In this document: one piece after another, positions 11,848 through 25,734 of the stretch | Position numbering within the stretch: position 1 is the stretch's first letter | How the letters are laid out: each line of letters starts with the position of its first letter | Assembly (NCBI GenBank): GCA_964016885.1 | Contig: OZ024750.1 | Coordinates: forward strand, 16,182,001-16,246,000 | DNA: 64,000 bases | Source of the DNA: Eledone cirrhosa | Taxonomy: Eukaryota | Reading direction: 5' to 3' | Translations under genes and position numbers: made by a program | Notes under the pieces: generated by a model | The model's input: only the letters and a program-made list of their open reading frames with translations | The model's database searches: none | What the model was told of the DNA's origin: nothing

Positions 11848-13459
11848 GCACGCACGCACGCACGCACGCACACACACACGTATGTATGTATGAATGCAAG
11901 CATGCATGTATATATTATGTTTGTAAGTACATATGTATGTATGCATTTATGTATGTAAGTATGTATGAATGTCTGTATGTATGTATGTATGTATGTATGA
12001 ATGTCTGTATGTATGTTTGTGTGTAAGTATGTATGTATGTTTGTATGTATGTATGTATGTATGTATGAATGTCTGTATGTTTGTATGTATGTATGAATGT
12101 ATGTTTGTATGTATGTTTGTATGTATGTAAGTATGTATGTTTGTATGTATGTATGATGTATGTCTGTATGTTTGTCTGTATATATGTTTGTATGTATGTT
12201 TGTATGTATGTCTGTATGTATGTTTGTATGTAAATATGTATGAATGTCTGTATGTATGTATGTATGTTTGTATGTATGTCTGTATGTATGTTTGTATGTA
12301 TGTAAGTATGTATGAATGTCTGTATGTATGTTTGTATGTAAGTATGTATGAATGTCTGTCTGTATGTATGTATGTATGTTTGTATGGAAGTATGTATGTT
12401 TGTATGTATGTTTGTATGTATGTATGTTTGTATGTATGTATGTATGTATGTATGTATGTATGTATGTATGTTTGTATGTATGAATGTCTGTATGTATGTT
12501 TGTGTGTAAGTATGTATGTATGTATGTTTCAAAAGGCAAAGGGGCTCTTAAGAGTCAATGGCCATCCAAAATCACCGGGAGAGATGACCCCTTAGCCTTT
12601 GTCAAGGCAGAATTCTAGGAGAAGGAAAACTCTGATATAACACCTGCAACCCTGATGGTATCCAATGATGTTGAATTGTTCTTCTTTTTGGTAAATATCA
12701 TCTTGGTTAAGAGAGTGTAACTGGCTTTGTGCAGTGCCTTTGCTCACTATAAAAGCTTCACAGCACAGGCATTGCTTTATATCTGGAGATCTCTCTGCAC
12801 TTGTCGTCACATGGTACCATGGGCCCAGCACTGTGTCAATAATTGTCACAAGTGTAGTGTTTGTACCAGAGTTTTCAAGTCGCTGGCTGGACTAAAAAGT
12901 CACATTCGTTCAGCGCATTGGTAGGGGTTCTCCTACATGGATATAAAGTAGTGGCCGTACTCGAAAACGAGTTGGCAGCCACAGCCACCATGTATGTATG
13001 TATGTATGTATGTATGTATGTATGTATGTATGTATGTATGTATGTATGTTTGTATGTATGTAAGTATGTATGAATGTCTGTATGTATGTTTGTGTGTATG
13101 AATGTCTGTATGTATGTTTGTGTGTAAGTATGTATGTATGTATGTATGTATGTATGTATGTATGTATGTATGTATGTTTGTATGTATGAATGTATGTTTG
13201 TATGTATGTATGTTTGTATGTATGTATGTATGTAGGTATGTATGTATCTATGTATCTATGTCTGTATGTATGTATGTATGTATGTATGTATGTATGTATG
13301 TATGTATGTATGTATGTAGGTATGTATGTATGTATGTATGTATGTATGTATGTATGTATGTATGTATGTATGGTGAATTTATTTCCTATTTTCATGGAAT
13401 TTAGTTTTACTTCCGTATTTCTCTTGTCCCACTAATCTCACTTCCTGTTCTGTCATCTG

Positions 13460-14565
13460 TGGTGGGGGCGTTGGTGGTAGTGGCGGAGGCGGCGTCGGTG
13501 GTGATGGTAGTATCCATGGTGGTGCAATTGTTTTCGGTAGCAGACATGCTAGTGGTGGTGATGGTGGAGGTTGTAGTGATGGTAGGTTGTTGTTGTTATT
13601 TTTTGTGGTGGTGGTGTTGGTGGTGGTAGTTGTGGTGACGGTGGTGGTTGGTGGTGGTAGTTGTGGTGATGGTGGTGGTGGTTGGTGGTGGTAGTGGTGG
13701 TGGTGGTGTTGATAGTGGTTGGTGGTGCTGGTTGTGGTGTTAGTGGTGGTGGTGTTAGTGGTGGTGGTGGTGGCGTTGTTGTTGCTAGTGGTGATGGTGG
13801 TGGTGTTGCTAGTGATGGTGGTGGTGGTGTTGTTGTGGCTAATGATGGTGGGGTGTGGTTGCCCGTTGTTATCATTGTTTATCTCGTAGTTGTCGTCTTC
13901 GCTGTCACCGTTGTTGTTGTTTAGCCGGGGGACTAGAAACATTTACAACTAAATTATTTTATTAACATAAACTAAAGATGCTTTATTTTTCTTTATAAAT
14001 CTAACCATTTTTTTTTTGTTAATTTATGGAAACGAAGGTTTCTTTTCTATATAGCAAAAACAAAAAACAACAAAGCAAAACAAAACAGTACAATAAAAAA
14101 CCACCATCATCACTCCCACCACCAACACCATCATCTCCAACGTCACCATCAGTAGGGTTATTACAATCATCATCATAAACATCATTATCATCACCAACAT
14201 CATCTTCACCATCACCACCATCACCGCCATCATCATCACCACCACCACCGTCCCCCCTCACCCTCCTCCTCCTCATCATCGTCGTCTTCATCATCATAAT
14301 CGTCATTGTCATCATCATCGTCATCATCCTCACCATCACCTCCAACGTCACCATCAGTGGGGTTATCACAATCATCATCATAATCATCATCATCAACATC
14401 ATCATCACCATCACCACCATCACCACCATCATCACCGCCATCATCACCCCCCCCCCCCACCAATCTCCTCCTCCACCGCGTCATCGTCATCGTCATCATC
14501 ATCATCGCCATTACCACCATCACCGCCATCATCACTATCACCGCCATCGTCAGCCCCACCATCCT
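13460..14565. repeat. Degenerate (GGT)n and (CAT/CAC)n trinucleotide tracts
   Basis: Visible low-complexity triplet repeats. Confidence 0.9.
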
Positions 14566-14909
14566 CCAGATATTCTATCCGCCGCCCTAACGGCTTCTTG
14601 TAAATAGTTGGGTAAATCTATCTCATCTAATCTGGCCGAGTTTACACTCGCAAATAAGAAGAACCAGTGCCACCCCTAGGAGCATTGGATTTGGTGTACT
14701 TCATATTTGTGTCGGTTGCTGAATACAATCAGGGGTCGCTGCTTCTCCTGAAGGTCAATAGTTCTCTTCTAACTCGAGCGGGAGCGCCTTTCCATTGTCA
14801 ATTTGCATTGATCATCTGCAAAACCGCAATGTTCTCAGCACCACTACACCAGTCTTTCCATACGTGCAGCTGGAACTACTGCCACCCATTGATTTGGTAG
14901 GATCACAAC

Positions 14910-15030
14910 TCATTTCTAGAGCTGAGTAAACTGGAGCAACGTGAAATAAAGTATATTGCTCAAGGTCCGAGAATCAAACTAACAACCTTTCGATTGCAAG
15001 CCCAATGCTCAAACCACTAAGCCATGCACC
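14910..15030 (-). mobile_element. Old tRNA-derived SINE fragment
   Basis: Minus strand shows TGGCTTAGTGG (A-box) and a degenerate GTTTGATT B-box, followed by CCTTGAGCAA. Confidence 0.5.
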
Positions 15031-15859
15031 TTTCCAACTGGGTAAAGAAATGGTCTTAAATCACGACTAGAAGAATATATGGAACAATAATTAGTTCACT
15101 AAAGTTCTTTCATAATTAAGCATCAACTTGTTTTTAAATTGCTTTCCAATTGGTTGTCCATGTGTATACTTGGAATCTAAGGTTGTGAGAGGAAGGGAAA
15201 CTGAGAAGCGTTACGTAAAAAAAAAAAACTTTTTCCTGACATCACAATCTTCTTAAAGCAAATTAATTACTCGATTTAGTAAAAGCTGATCATGTTTTAC
15301 GATATTGGCCAGTCTTTCGGCTGTTGTAGAGATTACAATCAATTTCGAGATCTGTAGAAAAAGTATCCGACTTTATTTATATATATTTTTTTTTTCCTGT
15401 GTGAAAGTAATGACGCGAGGCAGACAAAAGTGTGCAGGATGGAGTCCGCATACATTCATGCATATGTATGGATTTTAGCGAGATCGTTGGATGCGCCTGT
15501 CACTGTCAGGTAGCCAGCGTGTATGCTGCTGTCCTAATTAATTGCCGCATTTTCATTTCGTCCGATATTGCCAACAAGAATCCTGAGGTCCTAAACACCA
15601 TAATATCAGCGCCCCTCCCCCAACACACATTAATTCCTTCAATCGTCACATCTAATTCTTAGATCTTCCGTCCCCGTCCTTCCTCACTCCCTCACAGGAA
15701 TTCCTCCTTATAAAACACACAAATGAGATAACAAGCCTTAAACTACAATTTGTTAGTTCAGCTTCTACAACACAACATATGTACCTAATGAAATTGTATT
15801 TGAAAGGAACATATGTTTCAGGGGACCATATATTCCTAAAACATTGTTAGTGGAATGGA

Positions 15860-16515
15860 ATGGACCTCAGTCAGTTTTAACGATGAGTACTCCAGTTGTT
15901 TGATTAACGGACAGCCTGCTTGTGAAATTAACGTGCAAATATCTTTTCAGGCCATAAAGACTCGTTTTGGACCTCCGTCGGTTTTAATGATGAGTGCACT
16001 AATTGTTTGATCAACTGGCTCGTGAAATGTGTGAGTGCCCAAGCATTCCAAAGATACGTGTGTTAGACTTCCATCAATTTCGACGACGATTCTTTCAGTA
16101 GTTTGATCAACAGAACAGCTTACTCATGAATTTGACGTGAAAGTGACTGAATATTCCACAGACACGAGTACCCTTAACATAATCCTCAGGGGCGGGGCGA
16201 GTCAACGTGACACAATGTGTGACAAATCTGGCCCTTCGAATTAGACGAACAGTCCATCTTGTATTGTATTGTAGTGTAAATGGTTGAGCATTCCGTAGCC
16301 ACTTAACGTAATTCTCAGAGAGATTCAGCATAACAATATATAACAAGGTTGATTCACTGAATTACGGCTACAGTTTCCACCTATCCAATTTCCTTTACAA
16401 GAGTTGGGTCCACTTGAAGCAATAGTAAATGACACCGACCCAAGATTCCATGCCAGGGTTTCGAACCTAGCACACTATGATTACGAAGTGAAATGCTTAA
16501 CCATTCGGCCATGCT
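15860..16515 (-). mobile_element. Old tRNA-headed SINE with repeated internal segments; relatives at 7010-7130, 19665-19975 and 63765-63960
   Basis: Minus strand has TGGCCGAATGG (A-box) and GGTTCGAAACC (B-box) at ~16455-16512. Shared blocks such as ggacctccgtcg...gaaattaac...gagtattccacagacacg. Confidence 0.6.
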
Positions 16516-17276
16516 ACGAACGAAAGGTATGCTTGTAAAACTAAATTTATCTCACAAAAAACATATTGTAAGAAACAGCAATACTAACATAACTACGGCC
16601 GCCCCTCTCAATCAAGGAGGACTTGGTAGGTGGAAAAGAGGTCATGGACGCTGCCCCTTCCCCCTTTGATTGAGCCATTAAACCTGAACGTATGAGTGTT
16701 TGTGCGTGTGTTTGTTTGTGTGTGTGTATATATGTGTGTGAGTGTGTATATATGTGTGTGAGTGTGTGTTGTGTCTGTGTGTCTGTTTGTCTGTCGATGT
16801 GTGTATGTAATTTGTGTGAAGCTTTATTATGCTTGTGTGCCTTTCTTTGTATGTTAGTATGTGTGCGTGTATGTGTATGTATGTGCAAATGTGTTATGGC
16901 TGTGTTTGTTTGTCTGTCTGCCTGTCAGTACGCGCGCGAGTGTGTGCGTGTGTGCGTGCATTATGCCTGTGTCTATATGTATTCATGTATGTATGTGTCG
17001 GTCTATCATGTTGGTGTGTCTGTGTACGTATGTTTGTGTGTTTGTGTTGTGCTTATATGTTTCTGTTTGTGTTTTTGTGTTATGTATGTATGTATGTATG
17101 TATGTATGTATGTATGTATGTATGTATGTATGTATGTATGAATGAATGAATGAATGTATGCGTCTATTTGTTATGCTTCTATGTCTGTATGCGTGTGTAT
17201 GTATGTGTGTGTGCGCGTCTGTCGGTCGAGATGCGGGTGTGTCTCTCTGAAGGTGTGTGTGAGTGTGTGCTCTAGC

Positions 17277-17348
<72 letters not shown>

Positions 17349-17480
17349 TGAAAAGAGAGTGAAAGAGAGAGTAAGAGAGAGTAAGAGAAAGAGAGAAAAT
17401 GTGTGTGCGTGCGTGCGTGAGATAGATAGATAGATAAATAGATAGATAGATAAATAGATAGATAGATAAAGAGAAACAAG

Positions 17481-17566
<86 letters not shown>

Positions 17567-17678
17567 GAGAGACACAGATAGATAGATAGAGAGAGAGAGA
17601 AACAGGGACATATATATATATATAGAGAGAGAGAGAGAATATATAGAAAGAGAGAGAGAGGGAGAGAGAGAGACGGAG

Positions 17679-17709
<31 letters not shown>

Positions 17710-17798
17710 AACGGAGAGAGGAACGGAGAGAGAGAGAAACGGAGAGAGAGAGAAACGGAGAGAGAGAGATAGAGATAGAGAGAAACAGGGATATATAT

Positions 17799-17865
<67 letters not shown>

Positions 17866-17955
17866 GGGAGGAGGTTTACATAAGGTTAGCAGCTGTTCAA
17901 GACTGAAGTATGTTTTGGTTGTGTTAGAAGCTATGTGAAGAATGTGTTGGTCAAC

Positions 17956-19528
17956 AGGAATGGTGAATGGTAATTACAATGTAGGAATGGTAAAGAAAGA
18001 ATGGTAAGGGAGGGATGGTAGGGGAGGAATGGTAAGGGAGGGATGGTAGGGGAGGAATGGTAAGGGAGGGATGGTAGGGGAGGAATGGTAGGGGAGGAAT
18101 GGGAGGGGAGGAATGGTAAGGGAGGAATGGTAAGGGGGGAATGGTAGGGGAGGAATGGTAAGGGGGATGGTAGGGGAGGAATGGTAAGGGTGGAATGGTA
18201 AGGGAAGGATGGTAGGGGAGGGATGGTAGGGAGGAATGAAGGGGAGGAATGGTAAGGGAGGAATGGTAAGGGAGGGATGGTAGGGGAGGAATGGTAAGGG
18301 AGGGATGGTAGGGGAGGAATGGTAGGGGAGGAATGGGAGGGGAGGAATGGTAAGGGAGGAATGGTAAGGGGGGAATGGTAGGGGAGGAATGGTAAGGGTG
18401 GAATGGTAAGGGAAGGATGGTAGGGGAGGGATGGTAGGGAGGAATGAAGGGGAGGAATGGTAAGGGAGGAATGGTAAGGGAGGGATGGTAGAGGAGGAAT
18501 GGTAAGGGATGAATGGTAGGGGAGGAATGGTAGGGGAGGAATGGTACGGAGGAATGGTAGGGGAGGAATGGTAAGGGAGGAATGGTACGGAGGAATGGTA
18601 AGGGAGGAATGGTAAGGGAGGAATGGTACGGAGGAATGGTAGGGGAGGAATGGTAGGGGAGGAATGGTAGGGGAGGAATGGTAGGGGAGGAATGGTAAAG
18701 AAAGAATGGTAAGGGAGGAATGGTGGAGGAATGGTAAGGGATGAATGGTAGGGGCGGAATGGTAGGGGAGGAATGGTAGGGGAGGAATGGTAGCGGATGG
18801 ATGGTAGGGAGGGATGGTATGGGAGGAATGGGAAGGGGAGGAATGGTAAGGGAGGGATGGTAGGGGAGGAATGGTAAAGAAAGAATAGTAGGGGAGGAAT
18901 GGTAAAGGAGGAATGGTAGGAGAGGTGTGGTAGGGGAGGAATGGTAGGGGAGGAATGGTAGGGGAGGAATGGTAGGAGAGGTGTGGTAGGAGAGGTGTGG
19001 TAGGGGAGGAATGGTAGGGGAGGTATGGTAAGGGAGGAATGGTAGGGGAGGTATGGTAAGGGAGGAATGGTAGGGGAAGAATGGTAGGGAGGAATGGGAA
19101 TGGAGGAATGGTAGGGGAGGAATGGTAGGAGAGGTGTGGTAGGAGAGGTGTGGTAGGGGAGGAATGGTAGGGGAGGTATGGTAAGGGAGGAATGGTAGGG
19201 GAGGTATGGTAAGGGAGGAATGGTAGGGGAAGAATGGTAGGGAGGAATGGGAATGGAGGAATGGTAGGGGAGGAATGGTAAGGGAAGAATGGTAAGGGAG
19301 GAATGGTAATGGAAGAATGGTAAGGGAGGAATGGTAAGGGAGGAATGGTAATGGAAGAATGGTAAGGGAGGAATGGTAGGGGAGGAATGGTAATGGAAGA
19401 ATGGTAGGGGAGGAATGGTAAGGGAGGAATGGTAGGGGAGGAATGGTAAGGGAGGAATGGTAAGGGAGGAATGGTAAGGGAGGAATGGTAGGGGAGGAAT
19501 GGTAAGGGAGGAATGGCAGGGGAGGAAT
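17956..19528 (+). repeat. 14-bp G-rich minisatellite (GGAATGGTARGGGA)n
   Basis: About 110 units with variant blocks. Confidence 0.95.
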
Positions 19529-20089
19529 GTGTTAACGCCTTTCTTTGTTTCGCAATGAGATGCTTCCGTCCGTTTATTGTTATAGAAGTCGCCAGCGAGA
19601 AATGTTTGGTTTTAAAGAGAGAGAGAACTGTAACGAATATATTACTTCTATGTAGATGATAGAAATGGACCTCCGGCGATTTCTACGATGAATATTCCAG
19701 TTGTTTGAGCAACGGAACAAACTGCTCCTGAAACTAACATGTAAGTGGCTGAGTATTCCACAACCTCGTGTGTTCGATTTCCATCGATTTCATGATGAGT
19801 GTTCCAGTTATTCGTTCAACGGGCTTTGGAATAGTTTCTGTCTACCCATTTTCACTCACAAGACCTAGGTCTAACTGAAGGTATGATAAATGACACTTAT
19901 CCAAGATGTCAAGCAGTATGATCGATCTCGAAACCTAATGATTGCAAAACGAACTTCTGAACTATTCGGTCATGCAGTGAATGCCTGTAGCTGAGTGGTT
20001 AGAGAATTGGATTCGCAATCGTGAAGTTGCGAGTTTGATTTCTGAAACGGGTGATGCGTTATGTCCTTATTTTGTGTTGCCCTTACTGC

Positions 20090-20305
20090 CAGGAGTGGCG
20101 ACCGGTAGATAGTATCAACAATGGAAAGGCCAATGGAAACATTGATTCCTTGGTCCGATTTGATGAGTTCCACCCTACTCGGTCAATCGCACTGTCAGAA
20201 CATCGAATGTATTTCTCCAAAAAGAAGAACTGGTCTACATCATTGGACGCTAAAGAAGTCGCAGGTTTTATAACAGAGTGACCTTCTCCTAGAAAGATGT
20301 CTTAA
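20090..20305 (-). mobile_element. Possible 5' remnant of an RTE-like element; related fragments at 30840-30905 and 31210-31350
   Basis: Contains CTAGGAGAAGG and a segment homologous to the middle of families A/B, then the repeated block ttccttggtccgat. Confidence 0.35.
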
Positions 20306-20523
20306 TACATACATACATACATACATACATACATACATACATACATACATACATACATACATACATACATGCATACATATATACATACATACAAACATGC
20401 ATGCATACAAACATGCATGCATACATACATACGTATGTAAAAGGTAAACAGAAATAGCAACACAATCGGTACAGTATATGGAAGGGATATATTAGGTTAA
20501 CGCTTGAAATAGCAGGGAGAGGG

Positions 20524-20560
20524 TCTTAACGTTTCGGACGCTAGTCCTTCATCAGAAGAA
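20524..20560 (-). ncRNA. Minimal Penelope-type hammerhead
   Basis: UUCUU CUGAUGA A GGAC-UAGC-GUCC GAAA CG UU AAGA; stem III is reduced to the palindrome ACGU. Confidence 0.8.
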
Positions 20561-21051
20561 AGAATGAGAAATAAGATAGATTGAAGGGATGGGTGGGGTG
20601 GAATTGGAAAAATGTCTTTATACATACATACATACATAATACTTTCTTGGAAATCACGTAATTTCATCTCTCCCTACACATATTCCTCCACCGTGTTACA
20701 TTTTCTGACCCAAAGAAATCGATACTTTATAATCGACCGTTATTGAAGATACTTGAACAACACAATAAACACAAAGCTACATGGAAAAAAATAATCTAGT
20801 GTCATACAGTGATTGAATTTGTGGTTTTATCACTGTCAAAATATTGGGAAAAATCGATGGAATTCATAGATAAACGATATATGATATCGATATTGTAGGT
20901 GGTGATGTGACAGAGATTAGGTTGATGATAAACTGATCTTCAATACAAACAGTTGTATCAGCAGCAGCAGCAGTAGTAGTAGTAGTAGTAACTGCTGTTG
21001 TTTGTTTAATTTTTACTCAACCATGACTCAAGAAGTCTATGATCAGTCGAG

Positions 21052-21123
<72 letters not shown>

Positions 21124-21189
21124 GTGTGTATTAGGATGTGTGGTTAACCGATGAGCGGCCCCGGCCATCGAAGAAACAACACAAGACTT

Positions 21190-21455
21190 TGTTGTTGCGG
21201 GGGCTTATATCGTCCTTAGCCGACTGCACTATTGCTATCAGCTGTGGTCACCTAACAGTGTCAAACTAACTGCAGAACTTGAAGCAATCCAACTAAGCTA
21301 CACTAAAAGAATTGCCTCAATGAAGGAGAAGAGCTACTGGAAGAGGTTGAAGAAACTAAAGCTTTACACCCTGGAGCGTAGACGGGAGAGATACGCAGTT
21401 ATATATATACGGAAGATCCTAGAAAGGTTAGCACCAAACTTCAGCATTGAAGGCA
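21190..21455 (+). mobile_element. CR1/L2-group LINE ORF2 C-terminal remnant
   Basis: Translates SRLHYCYQLWSP...ELEAIQ...TKRIASMKEKSYWKRLKKLKLYTLERRRERYAVIYIRKIL, a typical post-RT region. Confidence 0.75.
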
Positions 21456-21810
21456 TGACTAACCCACGTATATGCTTGATCTGTAAATACATTTCTAAAC
21501 CAACGCCAATAATTATACCTTGATCATTAATTAATTAGCTAATATAATCTTAATTTGATACGCTGTAACTCAGGGCAAAGATTAACTGGCTACTTTAAGG
21601 AAAAACACCGCCAAATTCAATTTCACCGTTTCCAAGGTTGTCACGTGAAATCGAAATTTCGAATGCTTGTGACGACATAATCAGGTTCGAAGTTCAAATA
21701 AAAATGGAGAGCCGAAGTTGAATATTATGTCAGCTACTTCGGCATTTCGTTTGTCTTTGAACTTCAAACTTTATATTAATGATTACTACGTATGTTTCCT
21801 ACATATTATA

Positions 21811-22310
21811 TTGGCAGTATCGGTAGAGGGTTGGATACCATGCTTTCTAGCATAGTTACGTCCCTTTACGGTCTGAGTTTAAATCCCGTCGAGGTTAACT
21901 TTGCCTTTCATCCTTACGGCGTCGATAAAATAAAGTACCAGTAATGTACTGGTTGATTGCTGGCCTTGTGCCAAAAGTAGAAACAGTTATATATTTATTT
22001 ACACGAACATCTTACCGTGGCCTCTGAACTCATTTCGCTTCACTTTTTGCTTCTCACACTTCTTTCTATGTATACTATTTAACCACCACAGGGCAGTGGA
22101 TTGGCAGTATCGGTAGAGGGTCGGACGCCATGCTTTGCAGCATAGAGTTACGGCCCTTTATGATCTGAGTTCAAATCCCGCTGAGGTTAACTTTGCCTTT
22201 CATCCTCACAGGGGCATAAAATAAAGTACCAGTCACGTACTGGGGTCGATTAAATCGACTTTCCCCTCCTCTAAAATATATGGCCTTGTGCCTATATAAG
22301 AAACCATTAT
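21811..22310 (+). mobile_element. Two tRNA-derived SINE copies (21811-21990, 22095-22310)
   Basis: A-box TGGCAGTATCGG, B-box GAGTTCAAATCC, body TTTGCCTTTCATCCTTACGGGGTCGATAAAATAAAGTACCAG. Confidence 0.85.
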
Positions 22311-22657
22311 TTAACCACCAATGGATATTCTTCTAACTATTACAAGAAATAATAATAGTATTATTTATAATGATGAAGTAATGCTTTTCACCTCAACCCA
22401 TAAACCTGTCGGAGAGCGACCGATATTTGGAAAGTTTACCCTCCTCGGCCCGAAATGCAGCGGAGTCTGGGATTTGAATTCGGTTAAACTTTATCCCTGT
22501 TTGTAATTCCTGATGATATGCAGATCTTATATTATTGTGTTTTGTGTAAATAATTGCTAATTAACTTTTTCCTATGAACTTAATGTTAATAGGAAACAGT
22601 TACTTAATGTTTCTATACTATTAAAACCCGTACGTAGAAATTGCTGAAATCTTCTTC

Positions 22658-22749
<92 letters not shown>

Positions 22750-22810
22750 TATATATATAAAATAAAATAAAATAAATAAGTCAAATGTTTAAAATTTGGC
22801 TTCGTTTATT

Positions 22811-22865
22811 ACTGCTATATATATTTCGGTGACAGCCATCTTTGGCTGTGACCTCTTCAGGCAGT
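22811..22865 (-). ncRNA. Type I hammerhead ribozyme, canonical core
   Basis: ACUGC CUGAAGA GGU-C-ACAGCCA-AAGA-UGGCUGU-C-ACC GAAA UAUAUA UA GCAGU, immediately followed by AAUAAA. Confidence 0.92.
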
Positions 22866-23250
22866 CCGAATTAGTGTGGTAGAGACGAGTACACATGTTG
22901 TTGAGGTGTATAACTTTGTCAATACTCTGATATGCCAAGTTCCTGGTTGGGTTGTTATTTCACTGAGGAACTGGAAACAAGATAGTTTAGGACAGAACAA
23001 AGGAGAGACACAAAATAAAAAAACCTAGCAACTGAGGAGATCACAGAATGTGTGACGAAAGAGGTTTGACAATATATAAACAACAATTCGGTTATCGAAC
23101 CAACCAACCTGAAACTTATAATAAATTGAAGTGAAAACCAACAGGTGCGCTTGTTTTTTTTATTGGCAACATGATCCTTCCAAAGTATAACAATGCCTGT
23201 TTCAACACACGTTTTCAGATAAGAAATCTCGCAAAACAAATTCAAAAGCG

Positions 23251-23286
<36 letters not shown>

Positions 23287-23431
23287 ACCACAATGTTCAA
23301 TTTGTCAAGCTATTTAAACGTATGTTGTTACTCTAAGGACCTACCCTTATTGAGTGCTTTGCTAGCTCATTCATATTGTAGGTCGACTTTGCTTGCCCAC
23401 AGCCAAAGCTTCGATTTTACTAAGCTTCCAC

Positions 23432-23548
<117 letters not shown>

Positions 23549-23564
23549 TATAAATATATATATA

Positions 23565-23642
<78 letters not shown>

Positions 23643-23645
23643 CAA

Positions 23646-23676
<31 letters not shown>

Positions 23677-23717
23677 CATATATATACATACATACACATA
23701 TATATATATACATACAT

Positions 23718-23772
<55 letters not shown>

Positions 23773-24354
23773 CATACACACACATATATATATATATATA
23801 TATACATACACACTTATATATATATACATACATACACACATATATATATACATACATACATACATACATACATACATACATACATACATACATACATACA
23901 TACATACATACATACATACACACATATATATATATGTGTGTGTGCCTGTGTTTACGAGTATTGTTTGTTTATGTTGATTATCTAAGCGCTTCGACAAGAA
24001 AGTCGATAAAATAAGCATCAGACTTGAAAAATGGAGTACTAAATCTCACCAAAGTTATTGCATGGCCACCTACAATGACTGAAATCAACAAAAAGAAAGT
24101 AAAAGAAATGTCTGATTGTCTCTTTGTTTGCTTGTTTGTTTCTTTCTTTTTTTCTCTACTGTCTGTCTCATGCGCTTCTCCGTCTGTTGTCTATGTCTCT
24201 CTCTCTCTCACTCTCCTTCAGTCTGTCTCTCTCCCACTCTACCACCATCTTCCTTTTTTTTTCTCTCTCTCCTCCTCCCCTCTTTTTCGATGTGTGTGTG
24301 TGTGTGTGTGTGCGTGTGTGTGTGTATGTCTTTTTTGCTTCTGTCTGTTTGTCA

Positions 24355-24454
<100 letters not shown>

Positions 24455-24677
24455 ATAATAATAAATTTGAAGACTAAAATCCAAAGAGGGCTCGATAAGG
24501 ATAAATATATATCAAATATATAAGAACCGCAGAGCAAATATTTATTAAAATAACAGATTAAAGTTTAAGCAAAGAATCGCTGCTTTCACCCTTAACGGGA
24601 TCTTCTGAAACTAACAAAGCGATTCTTTGCTTAAACTTTAATCTGTTATTTTAATAAATATATATATATATATATAT

Positions 24678-24844
24678 ACGATATTAAACAAATGGAAACT
24701 ATATTTATAAAACCACATTTATGGTTTTATAAATATAGTTTCATTTGTTTAATATCGTAAACCTACTCCAGAAACTGTTGAGTGCTTTTATATCAGTTAT
24801 AAAATGTTTACTCGTTGTAACCCAACAATTTTAAATAAAACTTT

Positions 24845-24848
<4 letters not shown>
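24678..24848 (+). mobile_element. Short palindrome-plus-tail copy of the 28761-29225 family
   Basis: Palindrome 24678-24758, then a tail containing ACTC...TTGAGTGCT. Confidence 0.7.
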
Positions 24849-24883
<35 letters not shown>

Positions 24884-25137
24884 GAGTCATAAACTCAAAT
24901 AGTCTTTTACAATTAAATAGCTCAAAGAGAGGGATATTTCTGAGCCGTGTAATACAAATGACTATATGATAGGGATAAACACTAATACAAGTATATAAGT
25001 GTTTGTATTGCAAATGACCAAGTTAGCTAGATTGAAAAATACTAATTAAATTAATTAGTATTTTTCAATCTAGCTAACTTGGTCATTTGCAATACAAACA
25101 CTTATATACTTGTATTAGTGTTTAACCCTATCATATA
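24884..25137 (-). mobile_element. Palindrome (87-bp arms, centre 25050) plus tail, in (TA)n
   Basis: Near-perfect palindrome 24963-25137 with the unpaired tail on the left. Confidence 0.7.
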
Positions 25138-25143
25138 TTCATT

Positions 25144-25227
<84 letters not shown>

Positions 25228-25255
25228 TATATATATATATATATAAATATATACA

Positions 25256-25343
<88 letters not shown>

Positions 25344-25734
25344 TTTGCTTCTGTTTGTCAGTTTCTCTCTCTGTGTCCGTCTCTCTGCCAGCCTGTAAGT
25401 TTCTCTCTCTTTCACTCTATCCGACTCTCTCTCTCTCTCTGTCTCTATATATCCATGTCTGTCTCTATCTGCTGTCTGTTTGTCTGTCTGTCTGTCCCCC
25501 CCCCCGCTCCCCCTTCTTTCTCCCAAAGTAAGTAGACATGTTATTTTGCTAGAATTGTCTGTGGAATTTCTTTTATTCCTTCAGGGAAATTCCTTCCATA
25601 TAAAAAAATGACAAACTGAATTAGTAGAAGAGTTACTGATAAAACAACAAAACAACAACAACAACAATAAATAAATAATAGACTAATTAAAAACTGTAAA
25701 ATAAATAAATAGATAATAATTAAAATACCTACTT

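Larger units (their letters stand above)
3865..13150. repeat. ~4.6-4.8 kb tandem segmental duplication (unit 1 ~3865-8630, unit 2 ~8630-13150)
   Basis: The same ordered series (B, R4, A, R4, pLTR, SINE, B) appears twice with few SNPs and differing microsatellite lengths. Confidence 0.85.

Noticed and set aside
14640-14900. Unique higher-GC stretch as a host exon
   Set aside because: No recognisable protein motif or convincing splice pair on either strand.
22095-22180. tRNA genes at A/B-box sites
   Set aside because: No cloverleaf; they are heads of a multi-copy SINE.
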